Below are positions 56,131 to 64,000 of a DNA stretch of 64,000 bases, piece after piece. Each line of letters opens with the position of its first letter. Position 1 is the stretch's first letter. The notes below the pieces were generated by a model. That model searched no databases, was not told the origin of the DNA, and saw only the letters and a program-made list of their open reading frames with translations. This DNA is from a virus. Taxonomy: Duplodnaviria > Caudoviricetes. Made by a program: the position numbers and the translations under genes. The stretch lies in IMG/VR virus record IMGVR_UViG_3300037461_000646, positions 25,208-89,207 of that record. One strand, 5' to 3'.

Positions 56131-57075
56131 ATGAACGACTTCACAGTGAAGGCTAAGGAAGGCGACTATCTGCGGGTAGTCCGGTATGCGATGATGCCGA
56201 ACAAAGTGGTATTCATTTCCTACGATGGAGAGCAGATGATCGTATGCGATGACCCGGAAGCCCTCACCACCACCGGCACGGCCCTGACCAAGGAAGCAGC
56301 CACGGCCCTATTCGCTTCAGTAGAGCACAGCATCCACGGTGTGTTTGAGCGTATAGAGCCTGGGGAACTCAACCCGTACCACATGGCCATCTACCAGACG
56401 GAAGTTGCCGAAGTCTACCACCGATATGAGGAACGAATCAGAAAGCTGTGGGATCGTGCCTCAATCGACAAAGTGTTTGCGTACATCGACCGCATTGGAG
56501 AGTACGCCGACTGGTACAATGGGTGTGCCGAACATGGATACGATGACAAGCCCATGATCTGTGCCAATTGGAACCCACCCAAGATGAAACGCCTTGGTGA
56601 TTGGATCGAGAAGTTCTACCATGGCAACATCGAAGTGTACTGGTCTGATGAATGGACAGCCTGTACCGATTGTAGCAAGGCAGTCCGCACTTCAGCGGAC
56701 AGCCACGGTTGGCAAGCCTCTTACGTCTGGGTATCGGAATGCGAAATTCTCTGTTGTGAATGTGCTGCAAAGTCTGTGGATGATGTCATTACCTACTATC
56801 TCAACACCAAGGATCGTGCCCTGCCCTACTGGATGCAGCCTTATGTTGAGGAGGCCGGGTTCAACTGCCTTGAAAGTGAGGATGCCTACTGCACCCGCTT
56901 TGAGTCAGGCTTCTACCCCGGACAGAACGACACCCCGCAGAAGTGCATCAAATTGGCGAAGGAGATTCTGCCGTACAAATTCGATCATCTGTTTGTGATC
57001 ACCGGAGTTGGCCAGTTCGATATTCACTGGGCCATGTTCATCAAAAAGCAGGAAGCCGAAGCTGAAGTGGATTAA
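56131..57075 (+). CDS. Hypothetical early protein
   Basis: Conserved initiation motif; CTDC...CCEC. Confidence 0.75.
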   Translation: MNDFTVKAKEGDYLRVVRYAMMPNKVVFISYDGEQMIVCDDPEALTTTGTALTKEAATALFASVEHSIHGVFERIEPGELNPYHMAIYQTEVAEVYHRYEERIRKLWDRASIDKVFAYIDRIGEYADWYNGCAEHGYDDKPMICANWNPPKMKRLGDWIEKFYHGNIEVYWSDEWTACTDCSKAVRTSADSHGWQASYVWVSECEILCCECAAKSVDDVITYYLNTKDRALPYWMQPYVEEAGFNCLESEDAYCTRFESGFYPGQNDTPQKCIKLAKEILPYKFDHLFVITGVGQFDIHWAMFIKKQEAEAEVD

Positions 57076-57185
57076 AGCCAGCTACCATGCAAGAGTGGAT
57101 CGAGAAATTATCATCGAGAAATTCTTGCATGGAAACGGGCTTTGACCCGAATAGGCTGACAACACTAAACCAAGGGAGGTAAGCT

Positions 57186-57914
57186 ATGAAAAAAGTAGTT
57201 AGAATCGGCAGTCTCAAAGGCTATGGAGATGTATTCTGTGAAATCAAATTCGTTGAAGGCAAGCTGTCAATTTCCGGTGTCATAGGGCCGCTGAAGAATG
57301 GAGATTGTCGTGGTGGCTGTGGCCAGATTTGTATGGAGTTTGAACACCGCAACCCCGCAGACAACGATGATCGGTATCAACAAAGGATTAAGCCAACCGA
57401 GTTCATGTTTGCCCCCGGTTGGGATGCCGAGAAATGGTTCTACTTTCTTGAAGTGTGGAAGCACTGGCACCTGAACGACATGCGATCCGGCTGCGAACAT
57501 CAAAGGGGCTGGGGCAAGAAAAAACTTGAACTGATCACATTTAAATGGACCACAAGTTTTTACAAAATGCGTGAATCAGCCGCAAGTGGAACATTAGAAT
57601 CTGACCAGTACGAAAAGTTTAAGGAAGTAGCAGCAGACGCAATGATAGCAACAACTGCTATCGCCCGACCGAAATGGAAAAGCCCACTGATTGAAAAGTT
57701 GCTTTCAGAAGGGTGGATCGAAGAAGACAAAAGAGAAACAAAAACTTCTGGATGGGTCAATGAAACCGAACACCCAGAAGGAGAACTCAGCAAGCCCTGC
57801 CCTGTGTGTGGGTACAAGTACGGAACTTCATGGCTGAAGGAAGAAGTGCCTGCCCAAGTTATCGAATTTTTGCAGGCATTGCCACCGGCTGACACGACTC
57901 CAGCATGGGTTTAA
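57186..57914 (+). CDS. Hypothetical early protein
   Basis: Conserved initiation motif; WHLNDMRSGCEHQ...CPVCGYKYG..WL. Confidence 0.75.
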   Translation: MKKVVRIGSLKGYGDVFCEIKFVEGKLSISGVIGPLKNGDCRGGCGQICMEFEHRNPADNDDRYQQRIKPTEFMFAPGWDAEKWFYFLEVWKHWHLNDMRSGCEHQRGWGKKKLELITFKWTTSFYKMRESAASGTLESDQYEKFKEVAADAMIATTAIARPKWKSPLIEKLLSEGWIEEDKRETKTSGWVNETEHPEGELSKPCPVCGYKYGTSWLKEEVPAQVIEFLQALPPADTTPAWV

Positions 57915-58013
57915 CCTTTGCCTCTCCCCTGAGTTGAGAAATTCGGGGGAGAACACAAGGGCTAAACTGGCTCTTGATTGGCTAATAACACTTAAACAAG
58001 GGAGGTAAAGGCT

Positions 58014-58424
58014 ATGAGAATCAAAAAGAGAAGACCTGACTTTTCTGGGTATCTCGAAAGTGATCGGGAGTTCTTTGAAAACAACCGAGAACTCATCAAC
58101 TCCATTTTTGAACCCGACATTCAGAACAAAAGAAAGACCATGGAAATCATCGACTTTCATTGCCAACAAATCAACATTATTTCGGCTAAGTTGGTGGAAT
58201 CAGAAGCCCGAAAAATTTTACTGGACCACCCCAATCTCAAGGAGTTCATCATGGCGATGGGCACTGCCTTTTTTACAGACAGGCAGGATAAAGTGATTGC
58301 AATTTTGGATAAATCGTATTTGAAAGCATTTGATGAAATGATCTGCAATCTGGATAATATTTGTCAAGTAAAGGGGACACCCATGAGATTTACAGCAACC
58401 AGCAAAACGATCACTAACTGGTAA
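58014..58424 (+). CDS. Hypothetical early protein
   Basis: Conserved initiation motif. Confidence 0.7.
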   Translation: MRIKKRRPDFSGYLESDREFFENNRELINSIFEPDIQNKRKTMEIIDFHCQQINIISAKLVESEARKILLDHPNLKEFIMAMGTAFFTDRQDKVIAILDKSYLKAFDEMICNLDNICQVKGTPMRFTATSKTITNW

Positions 58425-58452
58425 TGGAGATACCCATAGGAGGGTAAGAGCT

Positions 58453-58869
58453 ATGTACGCAAGCAACTGTACAATTGGGCAACTTCAAGATGCTTTGGAA
58501 CTCGTCAACAAAATGTACGACAATCAAGTAATCTGGAACCAAGAACCTACCCACTACCGAAACAAAATCAAATTCACCTTGAAAACAAAAAGCAACACAT
58601 CCTACGGCCATGGCATTAGCTGGACTGGTCGTCAACTCTCGTCGGCTTGTTGGCATGTGCATGGAGACTTCTTCGATTGTCTGTTCAAGATTGCCCCGGA
58701 AGCCAAAGTCTACGCTTTGGGCCGAATGATTACCAGAACAGATGGCAATTGGCAGGACTTCAATCGAGGTAGTCAGATGAACCCAAGATTTGCTTCGGAG
58801 CTTTGTGAGTGTGAACGTGGGTATTTGCCCGAATGGTTTCACTTCAAGAGAACTTTAAACAAAATCTAA
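58453..58869 (+). CDS. Hypothetical early protein
   Basis: GGAGGG..AGAGCTATG start; ACWHVHGDF. Confidence 0.7.
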   Translation: MYASNCTIGQLQDALELVNKMYDNQVIWNQEPTHYRNKIKFTLKTKSNTSYGHGISWTGRQLSSACWHVHGDFFDCLFKIAPEAKVYALGRMITRTDGNWQDFNRGSQMNPRFASELCECERGYLPEWFHFKRTLNKI

Positions 58870-58979
58870 GCCCGTTTATAGCGTGTTTTTTACAGTGGGC
58901 ATGTCAAACCATGCCCACGATAAAGGGCACGATATAAAGCCCCTAAATGCAGTAAACCATAACAAGGGAGGTAAAGGCT

Positions 58980-59222
58980 ATGAAGACTATTGGAAGTCAG
59001 AAGCGAGAACTTTTGGCAGAATCCGGCTATGTTCTGATTGAGAAAAAAGGCAGGGCAGTCCTTCTAAGAGAGGTAGATGGGGATAAAGTTGAAGAATGGC
59101 ATAGGAACGAGCACCATGCTGGCTACACCATTGAGATTGATGGAGTAGGGTACGAGTTTGTCAGAACGGCAGGTATCTTCCACTACCAGATGGGCAGCTT
59201 TGCCTTCATCGAACCAGCATAA
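58980..59222 (+). CDS. Hypothetical early protein
   Basis: Conserved initiation motif. Confidence 0.7.
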   Translation: MKTIGSQKRELLAESGYVLIEKKGRAVLLREVDGDKVEEWHRNEHHAGYTIEIDGVGYEFVRTAGIFHYQMGSFAFIEPA

Positions 59223-59233
59223 GGAGGTGACTC

Positions 59234-59566
59234 ATGTTTAAAATCGTAACCCCTTACGGACAGTATCTGACCGGCCAAGAGTATGTTGTCAACAAAAAAG
59301 GAGACCTCTGCAAGCAGTGCAACATAGGCACAGCGTATTCCTTCTCAGGCCAATGGAAATTCTTGGGCATCGAGCATGTCAAACGGAACGAATTTATTTC
59401 GTTTGAAACCCTGAAGACATGGAAACCCGAACAGTTTGAATCGTTTCAATGGTGCTTCAAGAACGGCAACCCCCAATGGACAGTTCGTGATCTTGATCAT
59501 GGCACGACCCGCATTTGGGGGAACACCAAACACCACGGCATCAAGTACATGAGAAGGGAAAAATAA
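59234..59566 (+). CDS. Hypothetical early protein
   Basis: AAGGAGGTG RBS. Confidence 0.7.
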   Translation: MFKIVTPYGQYLTGQEYVVNKKGDLCKQCNIGTAYSFSGQWKFLGIEHVKRNEFISFETLKTWKPEQFESFQWCFKNGNPQWTVRDLDHGTTRIWGNTKHHGIKYMRREK

Positions 59567-59568
59567 CT

Positions 59569-59826
59569 ATGGCAGACCTAACCGACACCGAAATCAAAAT
59601 CATCACCCGCTTGTTACACCGTACCTGGAGCGTCATTTACGACGAAACCTATGGCACCCTCAACCGAACACAAGTCTGGCACCTGACTCTGGACCGGGCA
59701 GAGTTGCAAGCAGACTCGGAGCTTGAAAAACTGGCTTTGAAAAAGCTTGCACTGCTGAACAACGACGAAATCGAATGGATCAAGAGGTTGGTATTCACCG
59801 CTAAATACTACATGGGAGGGAGGTAA
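59569..59826 (+). CDS. Hypothetical early protein
   Basis: MADLTDTE..., starts 2 nt after the previous stop. Confidence 0.6.
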   Translation: MADLTDTEIKIITRLLHRTWSVIYDETYGTLNRTQVWHLTLDRAELQADSELEKLALKKLALLNNDEIEWIKRLVFTAKYYMGGR

Positions 59827-59829
59827 GCT

Positions 59830-60084
59830 ATGGCAATTTGCGACTACTGCAAAAGGGAAATGCAAACGGCAAAGGGTTGTACGTACACTCACGCCAAGAA
59901 AGTGAAGGGAAAGAAACTGGCAAAGCGAATCGTACACAACATGGATGAGAAGTGCCACGACTGCAACGCAATCAAAGGCCAGCCCCATCACCCCGGCTGT
60001 GACATGGAACGCTGCCCGTGGTGTAAGGATCAGGCCATCACTTGCAATTGTGGGGGTTACATGATCGTCAAGAAAAGTAAATAG
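59830..60084 (+). CDS. Cys/His-rich zinc-binding protein
   Basis: CDYC, CHDC, HHPGCDMERCPWC...CNC; conserved initiation motif. Confidence 0.7.
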   Translation: MAICDYCKREMQTAKGCTYTHAKKVKGKKLAKRIVHNMDEKCHDCNAIKGQPHHPGCDMERCPWCKDQAITCNCGGYMIVKKSK

Positions 60085-60160
60085 CCTTTTTACCAATCCC
60101 CTCAAGACGAGAACTTGAGGGGATGAGTAAGAAGACTAATCGGGTTTAGCTATTTCCTTC

Positions 60161-60189
60161 TTGACTGGAGCTATTAGGTAGTATAAGCT
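60161..60189 (+). promoter_or_regulatory. Sigma70-like promoter
   Basis: TTGACT-N17-TAAGCT. Confidence 0.55.
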
Positions 60190-60201
60190 TTAGTCTGCGA
60201 T

Positions 60202-60294
60202 TGGGCTGGGGATTCCCCGTGCCGTTAGCCACACGGGAAATGTCTACCTCCCTAGACCAAGCTCGGAGCTTGGTCGAAATGAATCCCCAGCCCA
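60202..60294 (+). ncRNA. Candidate structured RNA (multibranch, 14-bp closing stem)
   Basis: TGGGCTGGGGATTC/GAATCCCCAGCCCA encloses hairpins CCCGTG/CACGGG, GTCTA/TAGAC and GACCAAGCT/AGCTTGGTC; lies just after a promoter. Confidence 0.55.
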
Positions 60295-60337
60295 TACTCT
60301 ACCTTCAGCCAGATTTTTAAAGAAATCGAGGTATCCA

Positions 60338-60736
60338 ATGGTAGTGGTAGCCACAATAGCATCCAACATAATGAGCACCAAAATACAGGTCAAGGCTTAC
60401 CACACAAAAGTAGCTCATGCCTTGAAAGTCGGAGCCACATGGGTACCCACCTTTAACGAAGATCGAGGCTATGAGGTTTTGTCTCTCGGTCATTGGCGGT
60501 GCAGCCCTCATGAAGTGAATTGGAGTAACGACGAATTCTTAGTACTTTCACAAGGCTCGTGTCGGGCCTTAGTAGAGGAGGTGAGAAAAGCTAATATCTT
60601 TATCGACACAGGCAAACGGTTGAAGTTGGACCATAATCTCTGGTGTGAAGTGTGGCGGGTTCGCCCGGAACACTTCACCCAAATAGAGAAGGAGAATCAA
60701 CATGAAACCCCAGATCAACCTGAATGTGAACCTTAA
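60338..60736 (+). CDS. Hypothetical protein
   Basis: GAGGT RBS; 132-aa ORF. Confidence 0.55.
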   Translation: MVVVATIASNIMSTKIQVKAYHTKVAHALKVGATWVPTFNEDRGYEVLSLGHWRCSPHEVNWSNDEFLVLSQGSCRALVEEVRKANIFIDTGKRLKLDHNLWCEVWRVRPEHFTQIEKENQHETPDQPECEP

Positions 60737-61031
60737 TTTTGACGGCACCGACAACTTCTCAACAGACACAGCCCCTATTATCGCTTGTATTATGGCCTTT
60801 AAAGAAGCCCTCAATCAGATCAAAGACGATGACCCTGCCCATGACAGCCCCCACAGGTTTGAACCGCTTGACCGGCCTCACAGCCGCCATCAGCAAGCCG
60901 TGACAGCCAACCAGCGCATCTCAGACGCACTTGAATTCATCAATAAGTCGATCCGGCTGATGGAAGGTGCCAACGATGCAGCCCAACGCCGCAATTTAGA
61001 AGAGATAAAACGTATCCTACTTGGTATGTAA
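60702..61031 (+). CDS. Hypothetical protein
   Basis: AAGGAG RBS. Confidence 0.65.
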   Translation: MKPQINLNVNLNFDGTDNFSTDTAPIIACIMAFKEALNQIKDDDPAHDSPHRFEPLDRPHSRHQQAVTANQRISDALEFINKSIRLMEGANDAAQRRNLEEIKRILLGM

Positions 61032-61050
61032 AAAATAATATCTTTTGCCC

Positions 61051-61108
61051 TTGACACAAAAGATGATAGCCACTATCATTTTCTCAGCCTAATAGTGGCT
61101 ATCATCTT
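61051..61108 (+). promoter_or_regulatory. Sigma70 promoter with overlapping operator-like inverted repeats
   Basis: TTGACA-N17-TATCAT; ATGATAG-CCA-CTATCAT palindrome over the -10; perfect 17-bp inverted repeat 61060-61076/61092-61108. Confidence 0.8.
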
Positions 61109-61178
61109 GACCGAGAAATTTTAACCGAGAAATTTTTTAACTCCAACCACGAGAAATTATCAGAGGGGGTGAACCCAA

Positions 61179-61433
61179 ATGCCAAAAGAAAGATCAAATG
61201 GAAGAACAGGCCGACACGCCAAAATGACTGAAGAGGCCAAGCGAAAGATTAAGGAGTCAAACATCAAGAAAATCATCGTAGCCATCACCCTTGACCCCGA
61301 ACTGCGAGACTGGGCTAAAGAATGGTCTGCGAAGAGAGATCGATCCCTATCTTGGGCAGTCAATCACTTCATCAAAGAACGCCGAAACAGGGAGTTGGCC
61401 GAGAAACATCTGGGCAAACAGGTGGTGAGGTAG
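61179..61433 (+). CDS. Ribbon-helix-helix (CopG/Arc-like) transcriptional regulator
   Basis: IIVAITLDPELRDWAKEWSAKRDRSLSWAVNHFIKE strand-helix-helix pattern. Confidence 0.7.
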   Translation: MPKERSNGRTGRHAKMTEEAKRKIKESNIKKIIVAITLDPELRDWAKEWSAKRDRSLSWAVNHFIKERRNRELAEKHLGKQVVR

Positions 61434-61437
61434 GCTC

Positions 61438-61803
61438 ATGCGCTGCGAACTGTGTGACACGTACCGCAATTCGGAACGAGTCGAAGAAAAAACCAAGATC
61501 GCCAAGAACAAAGAAATGCTAGTGGTCAACCGTTACTGCCATCATCGAGAAAATATCGTCAATGCAGATGATGACGGCTGCGAGAAATTTTCACCCACCA
61601 AATTCTTCTGGTGTGATGGATGGAACTCTTGGGTCAGCCCGGTTGTGTGTCAGGCCCGACAGAAAAAAGACAAGTATGGCTCTTGCCCCTGCTCGATTGG
61701 CAACGAGGTCATGTTGTTGGACTTGTCACCCAAGATTGTGAAGAAAAAGCTCATCATCAGAAAGCCCAAGAAACAACTGGTGATTAGGAAAAGGGCCGCA
61801 TAA
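61438..61803 (+). CDS. Cys-rich hypothetical protein with double KKxL[VI]IRK tail
   Basis: CELCDTY...; ends KKKLIIRKPKKQLVIRKRAA. Confidence 0.7.
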   Translation: MRCELCDTYRNSERVEEKTKIAKNKEMLVVNRYCHHRENIVNADDDGCEKFSPTKFFWCDGWNSWVSPVVCQARQKKDKYGSCPCSIGNEVMLLDLSPKIVKKKLIIRKPKKQLVIRKRAA

Positions 61804-61804
61804 T

Positions 61805-63169
61805 ATGATTATCGAAATCGCAAACCCATTGGAGTCCCGCACCGATGATCAGGGTGCGAGACATTTATCCACCGTGCTGTCGTTTCAGTCTTCGTACTGG
61901 CGCAAGGGCCAATGGGGTATGCGGAGATTTGAATATTCAAAGTCGCTCATCAAGAGGCACAAAGATGGGCACAGCTACTTTCTGACCGGGTTCATACCGA
62001 GGGTGAAGAGACAGTTCCCTTCAGCGACGATCAGAAAAATGTATGACGAGCCGGTTGAGAAATTTACAACTCCAACCCTGAAGGGCATCACCTTCAGGCC
62101 AGATCAGTTGAAGCTCATCAGCCAAGCCCTTGCAGCCAAACGGGGCATGGTGCAATCCCCTACTGGCAGCGGCAAGACGATATTACAATTGGGTTTAATC
62201 TCTGCCATGCCCAAAGACTTCTGCTGTGTGCTCTTGGCTCACACCAAAGACATCGTGGCCCAGACCTGTGAGGAGTTGAGAAAATTCGGCTATGGCAACA
62301 AGACCCAGATGCTGATGGAAGGCAACCGGCCCCAATTCACAAAGCCGATAGTGGTTGCCACCATTCAGACCTTCTCTGGCTATTCGGTGGATAGCTACAT
62401 GACCCACTTCGACATGGTGATTGTGGATGAGGGACATCATATTTCTTCGTTCACCGGCCACTACTTTCAGGTGCTGAACACCCTACTGGCCCCCTATCGG
62501 TATGCGTTCACAGCCACAAAATCACCCAACAAAGAAGCTGAAATGGCTCTTGAAGGGTTGATTGGCCCCACCGTGGCAAAGCTCACCATTAACCAAGCCG
62601 CCGCCTTGAAGATCATCGCAAAGCCAAAGCTCAGACTGGTGCGCTTACCTGAAAATCACTCAGTCAAGCAGAATTGTAGGGGCTATGACGATGTGGTAAA
62701 GCAGGGTATTGTCGGCTCAATTGCCCGAACCGAGAAAATCGTGAACTTTGTCAGAAATGGAATCAAGCACAACAAAATCACATTGGTCATGGTCAACCAG
62801 ATCGAACACGGCAGAAAAATACAGGCCGAACTTGAACGGTTTGGCCTCACCGTGCCCTTCGTGCATGGGGCAACCGATGGATTAGAAAGAGTCAGAATCA
62901 AAAACCAGTTGATCGAGAAAAAACTGTCGGCTGCAATCTGCACAACGGTCTGGCGTGAAGGAATTAACATACAATCTCTGAACGTCATTGTACTGGCCCA
63001 CCTTGGCAAGTCAGACTTGGTGACGTTGCAATCTATTGGCAGAGGGTTGAGAAAAACCTCAGATAAAGACAAAGTGACCATCGTAGACTTCTTCGATCCA
63101 AGTCATAGCCTGTTGATAAAGCATTTTGGTGAAAGACTCTGCCTTTACATGGATGAACATTGGATTTAA
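61805..63169 (+). CDS. Superfamily 2 DNA helicase (UvsW-like)
   Basis: SPTGSGKT, VIVDEGHH, FTAT, EGINI, QSIGRGLR, VTIVDFFD. Confidence 0.92.
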   Translation: MIIEIANPLESRTDDQGARHLSTVLSFQSSYWRKGQWGMRRFEYSKSLIKRHKDGHSYFLTGFIPRVKRQFPSATIRKMYDEPVEKFTTPTLKGITFRPDQLKLISQALAAKRGMVQSPTGSGKTILQLGLISAMPKDFCCVLLAHTKDIVAQTCEELRKFGYGNKTQMLMEGNRPQFTKPIVVATIQTFSGYSVDSYMTHFDMVIVDEGHHISSFTGHYFQVLNTLLAPYRYAFTATKSPNKEAEMALEGLIGPTVAKLTINQAAALKIIAKPKLRLVRLPENHSVKQNCRGYDDVVKQGIVGSIARTEKIVNFVRNGIKHNKITLVMVNQIEHGRKIQAELERFGLTVPFVHGATDGLERVRIKNQLIEKKLSAAICTTVWREGINIQSLNVIVLAHLGKSDLVTLQSIGRGLRKTSDKDKVTIVDFFDPSHSLLIKHFGERLCLYMDEHWI

Positions 63170-63179
63170 TGGAGGCGAA

Positions 63180-63326
63180 ATGAAAAAATGGGGCATCGTT
63201 CTTATTTGTGCAGCTATTGGAGTACTTGTGGGCACAGCCTTTGAAAGCTTCTCACAAACAAGGGGCATGGGCATAGCGGCTGGGGTTGCCAGCAGCCTAA
63301 CTCTAATGTTTTTAGACAAAGACTGA
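63180..63326 (+). CDS. Small membrane protein
   Basis: GGAGG RBS; two hydrophobic segments. Confidence 0.55.
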   Translation: MKKWGIVLICAAIGVLVGTAFESFSQTRGMGIAAGVASSLTLMFLDKD

Positions 63327-63328
63327 GT

Positions 63329-63613
63329 ATGAGAACATCTTTAGAAAATCTACCCCCCGAACTGAAGAAAGTAGTCATCCAAAAGATCAGACATTGCATG
63401 AAGCACTGCCCCCATTCCGGCATAGAGGGTGTGAGCATCAAGTGCCCCTATGGTGAGAACCACTTCATGCTCTACCGATACTCTGCCTATATGGGCATGG
63501 AAATAGTTTCGTGCTATCAGTGCGGGTACAGGTACATCACCATGAAACAGAATGGGGAGTTTGTGCTTGTCAATCAACCTGAAAAGAAACAACTGGTGAT
63601 TAGAAAAAGATGA
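63329..63613 (+). CDS. Hypothetical zinc-binding protein with KKQLVIRKR tail
   Basis: CPHS...CPY...CYQC; coupled on both sides. Confidence 0.65.
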   Translation: MRTSLENLPPELKKVVIQKIRHCMKHCPHSGIEGVSIKCPYGENHFMLYRYSAYMGMEIVSCYQCGYRYITMKQNGEFVLVNQPEKKQLVIRKR

Positions 63614-64000
63614 GGACTAATTTCGACATTCTTGGCTACCTGTCGAGCAAGACCATCCCACACACATTAGAGGGCAAGAACGTGTCAGGAGGTTGGGTGG
63701 GCATTAAGTGTCGGTTCTGTGGAGACAAGAGCAACCACTTGGGGGTGAACCTGAATAGTGGATCATTCTCATGCTTCAAGTGTGGTGAAACCGGCACGAT
63801 CTTGAAGCTGATCGCCGCCATCGAACCGGCTGGCTGGTCCATCGTCAAACAGGTGCTGGCCGAATTCTCTTCAAAAGAGTTCAAGACCCATAAACGACCC
63901 GACATTGAGCGAGAAGCCACATTTTGCCCCCCATCAGTAGACCCCTTGAGTGATCAGGCAAAGCGGTATCTGCGAAACGAGAGAAAGTTTGCCTACAAAA
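63610..64000 (+). CDS. DNA primase N-terminal zinc-binding domain (partial, runs off window)
   Basis: Not in track. MRTNFDILGYL...GWVGIKCRFCGDKSNHLGVNLNSGSFSCFKCGETG; ATGA overlap; downstream of helicase. Confidence 0.8.
   Translation, partial: MRTNFDILGYLSSKTIPHTLEGKNVSGGWVGIKCRFCGDKSNHLGVNLNSGSFSCFKCGETGTILKLIAAIEPAGWSIVKQVLAEFSSKEFKTHKRPDIEREATFCPPSVDPLSDQAKRYLRNERKFAYK

Larger units (their letters stand above)
53425..60124 (+). repeat. Family of intergenic nested hairpins, most carrying GAGAAATT in the loop
   Basis: Stems at 53425-53491, 54463-54517, 55003-55032, 55341-55374, 56038-56069, 57085-57132, 57924-57951, 58895-58918, 60096-60124. Confidence 0.85.

Noticed and set aside
53392-60124. 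Integron attC sites
   Set aside because: Only one element (after 57914) has an RYYYAAC-like end; the others lack R''/R' boxes and no integron integrase is present
60202-60294. tRNA gene
   Set aside because: Cloverleaf-like, but with a 14-bp closing stem and no T-loop (GTTCRA) or D-loop consensus
1-64000. Alternative genetic code
   Set aside because: Core genes are intact and densely packed under the standard code; only the single capsid UGA case hints at readthrough

Overview
The window is part of a tailed dsDNA phage genome (Caudoviricetes; siphovirus-type, with a long tape measure and no sheath gene). No integrase, tRNA, CRISPR or rRNA is seen. From 49.2 kb leftward the minus strand carries accessory genes, a muramidase, terminase, portal, protease/scaffold, decoration protein, a lambda-E-like major capsid protein, head-tail and tail genes (with a -1 frameshifting tail chaperone), tape measure and tail tip. 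Embedded in the tail region is a cluster of about six glycosyltransferases, two SAM methyltransferases and a radical SAM enzyme, flanked by very large Ser/Thr-rich (mucin-like) proteins. One of these (>1775 aa, 5326 to off the left edge) is missing from the ORF track. The capsid, tail tube and head-closure proteins all end in Ser/Thr tails, so the main hypothesis is a phage-encoded virion O-glycosylation system initiated by a ppGalNAc-transferase-like enzyme. 49.2-52.7 kb is an AT-rich divergent control region with phased TGAA-N5-TTCA palindrome arrays and sigma54-like boxes. From 52.7 kb rightward the plus strand carries cassette-like early genes separated by nested hairpins with a conserved GAGAAATT loop, then a structured RNA candidate, an RHH regulator, an SF2 helicase and the start of a primase. 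Other notable items are a terminal KKxL[VI][VI]RK peptide motif shared by seven unrelated proteins and a PEP-CTERM-anchored metzincin protease. Functional calls come from motif recognition by eye, not from database searches.
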